A stretch of DNA of 64,000 nt from Phoronis australis (taxonomy: Eukaryota; Animalia; Phoronida). The DNA lies in assembly GCA_002633005.1 (NCBI GenBank), contig NMRA01000001.1:3455695-3519694 (forward strand), written 5' to 3'. The notes below the pieces were generated by a model that saw only the letters and a list, made by a program, of their open reading frames with translations, was not told where the DNA came from and made no database searches. The translations under genes and the position numbers were made by a program. Below are positions 1 through 11,267 of this stretch, one piece after another. Each line of letters opens with the position of its first letter. The first letter of the stretch is position 1.

Positions 1-3000
1 GGCTGAAACCAGTCTGCTCTAAAGCATTTGAGATATGGATTGACACTGATAGTTTGCATGTTTTTCAGGACCTGAGCCATTCTCATGTTCTTTTAGTCAA
101 TAATGAAGGATTATAACGAAGTCAAGAGTAAGTGGCCCATAGGCTATGTGAATTACGCAGACCTTCACTAAGATTAAAGCGATATTTCTCTCCAAGATGT
201 CAGGTAGCTAAGAGGCTAACTTTCTAACGTATAAAAATTAAGCTTTGCACTACATCATGTGTGACATTAGTGGAGTGCACAGAATATTAATTCAATGTTG
301 TTGACGCGCAACTGTTCTACAGCTTATCAAACTGAGTCACATTCCTCCGACCAACACATCCAGGAGTATCCCGTAAACAAAACGCAGAGGAAAGGAAATG
401 AAGTGTTGCAATGGTACATTAGACAGCCCACCTATCTCTTTGCTGGTGAATGACAAGGCTAGCTTGTTAATATTCTGCAACACTACAAAGTGTGTGACCC
501 ACAAGTCCCTCTGTTTACAAGACTCCGTTGCAGTCTTCAGGTGGCGCTGTAGTCTGAGGTCCTGATTCCACATGGAGATGGTTCCCTCCTGCAACCAAGT
601 TGACAGTGTGCTTTAGGTTATGTCTTACCAAAATTGACAAAACTTGCCTTCAACATTTCAATTACCATCAAGCAAATCATTTTTTTATTAAATGATATTT
701 CTTAATAATGATAATGAAGTGTTCTATCTTACAGTGATTGTTTTATTTAAAATTCAAAATTTCTCAATTTAAATTTCTACAGATTGACTTACAATAAATT
801 ATGTGAATTCAACCAAAAGAAAATGGCGTTAAAAATGAGTGACGCCAACATCAGTGACTGTCAACCAATCAAGTTTAATAATGACACTGAGCATGAAGAA
901 ACAAGAACGTCAAAAAAACTCACTTTAGAAATTGCACAGTATCTATTGGTGTTTTTCAGGTACGCGATTCTCTGTATGGTTTCTTTGTGTACACTGTAAC
1001 AAAAGTTAGATGACAATGAATAAAAACAGTGGCAACACAAGTGTGCAAAGGACGACTTGACAAGACTAAGCAGACTAAACACAATAACCCAAACAAAATT
1101 GTTGGCAACAGCATAAAAAGTTTCATTTTCGGGTATTGACTACTGATATCAATAATTTTCAACTTCCAGTCCAAAGTGTATAATGTCAGTGAACAAGAAA
1201 CTTGTATCACAATATGTTGAGACTCTTTAAATGACAGGCACTGAGAACAGTTCAACACTTTGCATAGGCAGATTTAGGGGGGGCCCAGGGCCCCTGCCCC
1301 CCTTGGCTGCCGCAAAAAAAAACAGTAAGAGCGTAGGGAAATTTTGAGTTTATTAATTAACTCCAGCAATTAAAATTATACGGCTGAAACAAGATTTAAA
1401 TGTGTGCAGTTTTAGTGTTTGGGGGGGGGGCTCAGATCCAATTTCAAATGGAACACTGCGCAATCATAACGGAACTATGGCTAAGTACAGGCTCTCCCAC
1501 GATATCCCAGTCGACCGGCAGTGGCGCTGCACACTGCGACTCCGTTTCCGTCGTCTGCTCCACTGTGCAATGAAGAAAATTACTTCATTTTTTTAAAGAA
1601 AATGGAATCTGAGCGACAATGAAAAAACAGAAGCTGCTAGTAAGATGAAAATTTTAATCGAAGCCTTAGTGAATCACTCAGAAACTCATAATTCTCTCTT
1701 TGCCAAACCTTAACTTAAGACGATTTCCAAAGTAATCGCGTCATTATTGCAAACACAAAAAACAAATTTGGTCTTTTGGGCAATTGAAGACTATTTTTTT
1801 GCCCCCTCCTGACCTCCCCCCATTCGGTGCTAAGCGCATCTACAATCGTGCCTTGCACGAATATTTACAGACAAAAGTGTTGGGCCCCCCTTGTGATATC
1901 CTAGATCCGCCACTGGTTTGAAGTTACTCCTTCATGTGACTGTGATCTCTACCTGAGTACCATGATTCACAAATCAAGTGTAAGTTTTTACGAGAAAGAG
2001 AAAAAATAAACTCTAGACTGTTTTGGTATCAGCTGTAGTGCAGTTTAAACCATGCTTACAGCGGTAAAGTCTTTAAATCTTTCCATTGTGGAACTTGAGT
2101 GGAGCGCACCCTATCATCTCGCTCATAAAACTCAAGTAGCATATGTGAGGCAAATTTATCCCAGTCCACGATTCCTTCCTTTGTCACGTCAATCTTATCA
2201 AATAGTTCTAGGTACTGAAATCACAAAATAATCATGAGTGCAGAAAATACAATACAAGGCTTTCAGATTCAGAAATGCTCAAACGCATCATACCCGAACT
2301 GTCAAATATCTGAGACAATTTGATGGTCAGTAAACAACTTTAGTCCAAGTACTCTGTATGAATACAACACAATAATCAACAAAAAAGCTCGAAAAATCAA
2401 GTAAGGGTCAATCCAGTGTTGAGCATTTGAACTTGTTTTCAAACTTTTGAGATGAAAAGAGCATATGGGTCCATTCATGCTTGTGCCAGAAATGGTTCGC
2501 CATCTATTGGCACATTTGTTTACTAAAAAAATGACCAACTGTTACAATGCCAGTCACAGGACTTTACAGTTAACAATATATTGCAAAGGCAAACTCCAAA
2601 CATATTCTATACATTTTACATTAAACAATAGACAACCATTTGCCTGCAGTCATATACCTCCAGAACAGATTATATTCTAAACTTAAACACATCAAAGGAA
2701 CCTTCCAAATCAAAATGTTAGGTCAACATGAATTTAATATAACCTGCATAATTTATACCTCATCTCTTGTGCCCTTGTTCAAGATAACAAACAACGCTTC
2801 AGCAAATTGAGATTTGTTTAGACTCAGTCGATTGTCATAGCCATCCCCTTCAGCCTGAAACACAAGAAATTGTTGAAGCGTAATTACATTTATATCATTT
2901 TCTTATCCACAAACGAAATGAAAAACATTTATTATAAAAAAATCTCCAACAATTAAAAGTGTTACAGTGACCTAAACACTGTTTTCATTTTTGTTCTATC

Positions 3001-6000
3001 TTATGTAAAAAGAAGCCTTCGTGACAAAGGATCGCATTTCTTAAATAACTTTTAAAGTATTAATAGTACACCCATAAAGCTATAACAATTTAAAATCCTT
3101 CATCAACCCAGAATCTTTTTATGTTCACAAAAATAATGCCCAGATGTTCATAATCATGTGATATTGTTTTGTCTTTAAAAATTTGATTTTTCAGAGATCA
3201 AAGTAATTTCCACAAACACGATTCTTTGCATGAAATCTGAAAATTCTATTTCATTCTTCTTCATTAGCTTGAGCAGTGATTTTGGGATTTTCTTTTACGA
3301 TCTTTTATCCTGAGAACTCGGCCTGTCAAAAATGAAGAAATCCACAAAGGACTTACTTAAACTGGTCTTCATTAATTGCCATCTATATACCAATACGTTC
3401 TCAGAAAAACAACAAAGACGCTTGCAGTCTACAGTTTGCTGAAGTTTATTTTAATTACGGAAATTTGTCTTCAATGTTGCTCGAAAAGTAATTACCAACA
3501 ATTGCAAAATTATCAACTATTAAAGGCTGATTGCATTGTTAAAGTGCACATTTTTACCAAAGTTTTGTTTTAAGAAAGCCAATCAGCAAGCACAACCTAT
3601 GCTAAGTCACTCTCAAGTTATATTTCTGTTGAGAAATTTGACAATTTCATTTTGAAAATAGAATTCCTGTGCTACATTGAAGAGTGTCTGCTGCATTAAA
3701 ATATGGCAACTAATAACCCACATATAAAGTCACTAACTGCTCAGACAATGTGACATGAAAAGCAGGCAAAATATATTCACAACCATGAACTAAATGTACC
3801 GTGATAGCAAAAAGCATAGAAAATATCACATAGCACGAGGCCAGAAATATGGACATTAATATTTAAAATACAGAAATTCTAAAGATAATCTTTGCATCAG
3901 TAAAGAACTTCATAAACAGGATATGACCACAAATCAATCTAGTTTACATTAATTCCCAAATGACGCTCTCTTCAACATGCAGTCAAATATTTTCAAAGTA
4001 ACAGGAGCTGAAATGGGATTTTCAAAGTAATTTCAAAATTTCTGGTGCTGCACCAACAAAATGGCCGCCACAATTGAACGACCTTGAACTTCGGATTTTA
4101 TGATTTGGCAATCCCAAGACATGCTGGGTTGTAATTTACAAAATGGTTGTGATACCTCTCGACTGACGAAGTTCTTTCTGTGATCTAAATTGAAAATAAA
4201 GTCTAAAGGTGCCTCTGAGATGGCCAATAAGAAGACAACTTGGAATATGAAGTTTGACATTTCAGTAACAAGATGAAAATCCATTTTTCAGAGATTGTGA
4301 TACCAAAACTTGTGATACCAATTTTTAAGCAGAAAGTTACAGTGTGTGTGAAATGAAACAAACAGTGTCTTCCTGTAAGCAAAGACAAACTTCTGGAGAG
4401 CTAATGCTAAACTGAAGTTCACATATTAAAAGTACTGCACACTATGTACAACTACTTACGCAGACTCATGCGTCCATTTGCTCACTACATTACATAACAC
4501 GCAGCAAGTCCACTTGCCAATGAAGAGTTAAGGACTCCCGCATACTTAGGTTAGTCTGATAAGGTATTCATTTCATCAGATAGTGCTGCATGTTAAGTAC
4601 AGCGAAAATGGATGTCATCGACAAAAGTTGTACAAAAGTTAGTATTTGTCTCAAAATTGGAATCTGAGCTAGGTTTGACGTATGAATTCAGCGTTTCTTT
4701 ACGTACTGTTTACAATTATTATCGTTTTCAACAGTGTACGAAACGTACCATTTAGGGAGGAAGGGGATCGAGAGTTTCTGGTAGCGTAGACTTTTGATGT
4801 CGTAAAAATGGCACCACAAAAAGACAAAAACCAAAGACTTATTCACAGCATTTTACATAAAAAATATACATAGAAACGTGTGGAATGAATCGTTTTATGT
4901 TACCACCTCAGTACTCAAAACAAACAGCAGCACTGAGCTCTGAAAAGAGCAACATTTTGGAACGTATTTGTTGAGAAATGGAAAATTGGAAAAAGTGTAT
5001 GTTTTGTACACTGATTGAAAATGGGTGATAATTGCAAAAGATACCTTAGTGTTCCGTGACTTACCCGACCCTCAGGCTAAACATTAACAATTAATAATTA
5101 ATAACAAAGCTGGTTAGAATGAAGCAAATTAATAATGTGATTAGAGTTAAATTACTTTTAGTGTAATTAATTGGGAGTTGAAGCAAGAGTTGGTAAATAT
5201 GACATCACAGGATCTCGTGTGTAAATTACAGGGCCTAAAGGGGAGAAATTGGCCATCTCCAAGCATGTGAAACAATTCTAACTTTCCATTTGAGCAAGAA
5301 AAATAAATAAATGCCATCTGGATGATCCCAGGTATGACGATGGAATTTGCATTTCGCCAGTTTTTCATTTCAGGTAAAACGCTGATTTCATTTTCAACTC
5401 CTGTCAACGAGATTTGACAACCTCATTTCCTGTTCAGCGACCTGGAAATTTTGCCATGCCGTATTTCGCAAGTTGATATATTAAGAGCCAAGTCCTTCAT
5501 CTATTTCCAAAACAATAAAACTTTTAAGTTTCTGACCTACAATTCCCTACTTTCAGTTAATCTATAGCTTATTCAAATGTTACTTTGCCAAGAATCCGTG
5601 GATTCAAGGCCAAAGGTCTAATCTCCCAATTCCAACATGACCCAACTGCGGCGTAAGATTTAAATTCAAGTTTACAAAAGTGGGCCATGCGACTGGTCAG
5701 TTTTAGAGTTAAGTTTGAAGAACAGAGATACGACCTCGGGACCTGATGAGTTTTGTTAACAAGGCAATCCTACCATAAACGCTTCTTGAAGGGATTCCAA
5801 ATCTTTAATGTTAAGTCTGTTCTCCAACTTCACTTCAACCAACCCTTTTCTGAAATAGGAAATAATTAATTAACAAAGATTGTTACCAAATAATCATTGT
5901 ATTCTCTTGACATTTATTTCATCATTGTAATATTTACTCTTGAAAAAACGAAGATGCAAGCTATCATTTCCCACACTCTGTTTCAGGCAATTTCAAACAT

Positions 6001-7691
6001 GACCACACTAAGGAATCTGGTTACCAGAAACACAAAAACCAACATCAAAGACAAAAATAAAGATGCATCAAATGATACCTAGCAACAAACAAAACTGTTC
6101 TCTGGAACACATTTTCATAGAACAACCACAAGCTCATATGACAGCATCAACAAACTCAAAGTAGTGCAAAACTTCATGCCGTGACTGCAATGCAAACCAT
6201 CTGAAAGGAACGAAAAACAAGACAATCGTAGAGATTCCATACTTGTCCACAGGTGTTCTCGTGAGCAGTTGATAAAGGCGGGTTGGAAGATTCCTAAAGG
6301 CGAATGATAACAATGGTATTGACAGTTCTTTGTTCGTGCAACATAGAGTCACAAGAATAGATGTATACATTAACAGTGACCAATTTTGAAATAATACAGA
6401 CGAGTATAAAACGTGTACAGAACTATTGATGAGGCTGTACAAAACGAGATTTCTGAGGCAACGGATTTCACAACCCACAAGCACAAATTAAGAGAGCAAA
6501 CTTTAAGTGGCTCAACAATTGAGTGATAGGGACCATTATGTAAAAAGCTTCTGGGAGAGAGTAACACATCACACATAAAACAGAACAAGTACAATTGCTT
6601 GTAAATTTTGCAACAGTCAAAATACTTATTTCTCAAAGTCAAATTACTGCGCAACAAACAACAAAATTTCACAAAATGTCTTTTATAACAGATGCTCTGT
6701 ATTAACCAGGGTACCTAAACGACACGGTCAACGGACTGATAAACACGACTCACGGACCTGCAAACACCGTCCACTGACTCACAAACACGAGAATGGACTC
6801 ACAAAACATGATCCACGCACCTAAAAACACGGGACACGGACTCATATTCATGAGGAAACACGGTTAACGGACCGCCAAACACGGATAAAACGAAGATGTC
6901 AGCTGACCCAGGAAGCCGATGAGTCCATGACCCGTGTTTGGCGGTCCGTTAACCGTGTTTCCTCTGTGTCCCAAGTGATGTGGGTGCATGGATCGTGTTT
7001 TGTGAGTCCGTTCCCGTGTTTGTGAGTCAGAGAACGATGTTTGCAGGTCCGTGAGTTGTGTTCATGCGTCCGTGCCCATGTTTATGAGTTCGTGGACCAT
7101 GTAGTTTAGGTACCTTGTTAACTATGCACATACAGGAATAAATTAAAATTTTCTTATGTAGTTGAATTTGTTGAAACTTTGCCATTTTTCAATACCATTT
7201 CTGATACATTTTGTGCTAAATAGGTGAAATTTTCAAATGATCTACATGATAGCATATGTTAATGAAAACAACGATGAATTTGAACCGGCTTGACATGTTT
7301 GGACATTTTTTAAAACACAGTTCTCAGAAGCAAAAAAACACTGGCCACCTTGCTAGGCCCAACATCAAGTAATGACACACAGACAGACACAGTCAGTTAC
7401 AGGGGAGTGTATGTGTATCATTATTTGCTGTTAGGTCTGAGGATGGTGTTTTAATAAATGGCGAAACCTCAATTCGGTTTAAATCCATTGTTGCTTTTAT
7501 CAAATAGGTCAACCGTCAATATGGTGGAAACAACAACGCTAGATTCAACAATACCTGTCAGCATTCTTAGGTTCAACAAGTTCAGGCTGCGCTGATTTGC
7601 TGCCAGGACTTGATCGTCTTGAAGACAGCTTTGTGCCAGCTGCGGTCCCACGAACCTCTGAACCAACTCGACTTGCCATTGTCCCAGACAT
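1..7691 (-). CDS. WDR49: WD repeat/EF-hand protein, WDR49/CFAP337 (WDY-like), 5' part; gene continues beyond position 1
   Basis: Manually spliced minus-strand exons with GT-AG ends and consistent phases: 7691-7555 (MSGTMASRVG...PKNAD), 5849-5774 (KGLVEVKLENRLNIKDLESLQEAFM), 2854-2759 (AEGDGYDNRLSLNKSQFAEALFVILNKGTRDE), 2214-2060 (YLELFDKIDVTKEGIVDWDKFASHMLLEFYERDDRVRSTQVPQWKDLKTLP), 993-924 (VHKETIQRIAYLKNTNRYCAISK), 588-432 (EGTISMWNQDLRLQRHLKTATESCKQRDLWVTHFVVLQNINKLALSFTSKEI). A further acceptor (tttcag) puts the next exon start at position 2. An EF-hand-like LFDKIDV..G.VDWDKF motif followed by WD-type strands fits the WDR49/WDR64/WDY family. The exact orthologue is from recall, not a search. 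Confidence 0.8.
1263..1915. mobile_element. non-autonomous DNA transposon (hAT-like termini) with nested insertion
   Basis: Imperfect TIRs CATAGGCAGATTTAGG (1263) and CCTAGATCCGCCACTG (ends 1915), with GGGCCCCC subterminal motifs. No clean TSD. Confidence 0.6.
1430..1614. mobile_element. small MITE nested in the 1263-1915 element
   Basis: Inverted ends GCTCAGATCCAATTTC / GAAAATGGAATCTGAGC. A similar end (AAAATTGGAATCTGAGC) occurs near 4653. Confidence 0.5.
6706..7117. mobile_element. foldback-type MITE with long modular inverted repeats
   Basis: Arms of ~180 bp are reverse complements (GGTACCTAAAC...GAGGAAACACGGTTAACGGACCGCCAAACACGG / CCGTGTTTGGCGGTCCGTTAACCGTGTTTCCTC...GTTTAGGTACC), built from ~21-bp CACGGACTCACAAA-like subrepeats. 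TTAA lies on both sides (6702-6705, 7118-7121). Confidence 0.85.
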
Positions 7692-8074
7692 TCAATCACT
7701 GTAGAGAAAAGTAGATTTGTAACTAACATGCGATATAAGGAGACCTGTGAAGCAATGTGTCAAATTGCCCAAGTAGCGTCCACACAGTACCCCTGAACTT
7801 AACAACAACTCATTCTAGGAATAATGCCTGGGTTTTGCTAGAAAAGCAAGATCTTGTGAGATATCACCCTGTATTGAAACTGAGATCACCTAATTTTGTC
7901 TAGCTTTTTCTAATCACAAGTCAGATATGAAAGTCGACTCAGCCTGGCCCACTACTAGTAGCTTACTACTAGGTCTCGGCTAAGGCGCTGACCACCGTCT
8001 CGGTCTGCTTCTTTTGGACTGAGCTTGAGGTTGAGGCAAGATCGTGGAAAAGAAAATGAAAAACAACATTATAC

Positions 8075-8200
8075 CTCACTACAGGTGAGCAGAGTTAAAT
8101 AGTAGCACAAATTGGCTTGTGTGCAAGAAATTCCATGATCGCAAACAGTTTACAGGGTTTACAGCGGCCTAGTGTCACCAAATTAACTTCCGTTGAAAAT
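8075..8200 (-). other. putative non-coding first exon of the WDR49-like gene
   Basis: Minus-strand donor GAG|GTATAA at 8075/8074. The ATG-bearing exon begins at an acceptor (ctacag, exon start 7698) only 7 nt before the ATG, so an upstream exon is required. The 5' end is not determinable. Confidence 0.45.
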
Positions 8201-8400
8201 GACAACATCACCCACAAGTCACCGCCATTTGTAAATCGTCGAGTTGCCAATGAGCGTGACCTATTTATGGCCCATTGGTCGATAGGAGCATCGGTACGGC
8301 TCGGGATTTTACCGGAAAAGGCCGAGTCTTCTTCTGGGTCACAACGTCACGTTTCCGCCATTTTCGTTGCAAGGAACGAGGGTGTGTACAAACTTTAAAC
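8200..8400. promoter_or_regulatory. putative bidirectional promoter (WDR49-like / talin)
   Basis: Locally CpG-rich. YY1-like CCGCCATTT at 8222 and 8355, ETS-like ACCGGAA at 8311, CRE/E-box-like ACGTCACGT at 8344, RFX X-box-like GTTGCAAGGAAC at 8366-8377. Flanked by divergent donors at 8074 (-) and 8413 (+). Confidence 0.55.
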
Positions 8401-8412
8401 AGTATTTGTATG
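8330..8412 (+). other. putative non-coding exon 1 of talin
   Basis: Strong donor ATG|GTGAGT at 8412/8413 just downstream of the promoter-like region. The talin ATG exon starts at an acceptor (ttgcag, exon start 32128). No other plus-strand gene is recognisable in between. The start is approximate. Confidence 0.45.
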
Positions 8413-11216
8413 GTGAGTTTTGTTAATAAGCCAAGCTCATGTAACATCAGCCGAACAGTTTCGAACCATTAATGTTCTTTTCCCCCCATTTCCTTTTCGC
8501 GTATCTTATATCCGTTTCGGAACCTAGTTTTGTCGGCAGTTGGTTTCTTAATTTATTTCATCTGAACTGAAGTTTGTTCTTTAATTTCGTACAGTGCAGT
8601 TCGATTCGTAGATGAAGGCTCTCTTCCATTTTTGAAATTAAGCATTCTGCATGTTTCCCGCCAGCGCGTTTGTTTTCTTTGAATTTTAAGTACGATGCAA
8701 CAAATCATTACATTCAATCGTTTTTACATCTATTTGTTGCCATTAAATCGGCCACTGGCAGACCAGGATATAATCGGACTTCCTTTTATTTTGCACAGCA
8801 CCCAAACTAATCCAACAACTTCGAAGACTTCTTGTGCCGACATTTGAACTTAAGCGAGATGCTACTAATTTCACAGTTTGAACTATTAGATTTTTATAAC
8901 TCACTGAAAATCTATAATAAAATCTGTGGCAGAAAGTAGCCATAACTACTAAGATCTGGAAATACCGTTCATTTACAACCGTACAAGGGAATTTCAGTCC
9001 AATCATGAATCATAGTAAAACTTCTGAACCCTTTGCCTCCTCGTTACAGTGATAAACTCCTTCAAATTTTATGTCTGCTTTCAAGGAGTCATTGCATTTG
9101 TGTTAAGTTTCTAGGTCTAATGGTATTCATTATGGTTTTAATTATTGTACTATTTATGGGTGGACCTATGTTAATAGGAGTTATAAGCTTTAGCACAACA
9201 CCTTGAACTATTTAAGATTTTAACTACTGTTTTCTTTATGCTATATACCATTAACATAAAACATGTGTTGAGTTATGAACAGAAGTTATGATCAGACTAA
9301 AGTCTTATTTGTTCGGCATATCCACACGTTACATATTTTTTATGATTTATAATCACAGTGTCGTACATTTATTATGATCAACTCTCACGGTTTTATAATT
9401 CCGTGAATCTTCATGAGCTCTGCTTGATCTGTCTATGTGAAGTCTAGTTGATTCTGACACTTCTGGCTATGGAGTTGATTCATCATATGTTATTCATTTA
9501 AAGGCTGTAGTAAAGTGTGCACTAGTAACCCAGGCAGCCACTGGAGGCCTTGCTGAAATTATTGGGACAACTATAAGCACAAGGAAAAAGGGTTTTGAAA
9601 CGTCCATTTGCTGGCTTTTGTGAGCATGGCAATATCCAGACCTATACCACAAAAAATTGACTTTTCGAAATGATGAAGTTCTTTTTTCGTAAGTGATAAC
9701 AAGACTCCTTTTAAAATTATCTGTTATTTTTCTTTCAAATTACATTGCAGTGGTTGAAATGTCTCGCCTTTTGGTATAGGTAACAGCTTTTTCCGTGGCC
9801 AAAAATGGTCAGCAAACATTTCTTCTGGCAATTCTAAATTTTTTGACCCTCGATACCTGACCTTGTAATGTGGCATTGGCCTTTGTGATTGGTGCATTAT
9901 CACATCAGGTCACTTGAGTTCTTAGTTGTATTTATTATTGGAAATCTATGGTCTTTGTGGAACACGAGTGGTTTACCCTGGTTGCACTTTGGATGTTCGC
10001 AATTTGATGGGATATTTTCTACTTGTCTAGTTGGAAATTACAATCAAATGCTGTGATTGTTTTAGTGACAAAGTGGTTAATTTAATGAGCGTGTTAACAT
10101 TAGGCATCGCTGGCATTTATTTCCACCACTGAGCTCAAATAGTTGACGACCATGCTCAGAATCTCGCATTTCTAACTCCATAGATAAATTGCCAAAGTTT
10201 GAGAAAACGTGTCATTATTTGGCAACTTAACACTGTATGAGTGAATACTTGATACTCTAAGACTAAACTGCTGGAATTTTCTAATGAACTCTAATCTAAA
10301 AAGCCCTCCATAAACTCTGTCTATCAAATAGTACGCTATGCCAAAAATGCTTTCCTCAGAATAATAACGAATTTTGACGTGATAGCTTCCTCAGCGGATT
10401 GACTATTCACTGTCATTGACAGCAGACTGGTGACCTCTCATCTTCTAGGTTGTACTGTGTTTGTTTAAACCAGCAGCACTTGTTGCTAATGCCAGTTCTC
10501 AGTTGGTCAGGCCCCAAGCCTTACTACTCTTGGTCCTTGCCAACAAGGTCTTGGCATTGGTGTCCTGCTGGTAGATTGGCTGGGTTCTATTGGTAGCTGG
10601 TTCTCTACATGGTTAGGTTGAACTCTGTCTGGCTAACCCTTCAAACGCATTCCATCTGTAGTGTTTAAAATCCAGGGCATGGGATTTTAGTAATTAAAGT
10701 GTGTGGTGGAACTCGGGGAAAAAATCTGTTGATAGCTCTCAAGATTTTTGAAAATACATTTTGTGGAATTGTGGAATAGCGCAGCTCTAAATCTCCTATT
10801 GCAGCCAATCCAAACTCCCTGAGCAGGTGTAATTCATTGCTGTGATTTTCTCAGCGCCACCAAAGTTCGCATAATTTTCTTCATGCTCTTCGGCCAAGAC
10901 CCTGCTGTACAATGTGAAAATACAACTTCAGTGTCATTATAGTTATCAGCAGGTGTCACTATAAATAATGGCACGTGTCATGTTATATAATTTGTGATAT
11001 TTATAATTCTATTTCCTTTCATTTATAATTGGAAACTGCAGATGATTCTTCATGTTAAAAATTTGTATACAGGACAAAGCGACTTCGTCATCAGCATCCT
11101 ACCTTGAGGTAAAATTCTTTAATTTGGGACAAAATATTTGCTACAATTACCATATTTCTATTTTTCAGAGGTTTACCACATTGTTGCAAATGCTCAACAT
11201 TTTACCAAATGTTGTT

Positions 11217-11267
11217 TGGTATTGGCTACGCCATACAAACCTTGGTATTGGCTACGCCATACAAACC
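11217..11267. repeat. direct tandem duplication (~25 bp x2)
   Basis: TTGGTATTGGCTACGCCATACAAACC occurs twice in tandem. Confidence 0.85.

Noticed and set aside
6706-7117. CRISPR-like repeat array
   Set aside because: Eukaryotic context, inverted rather than direct architecture, and no unique spacers or cas genes.
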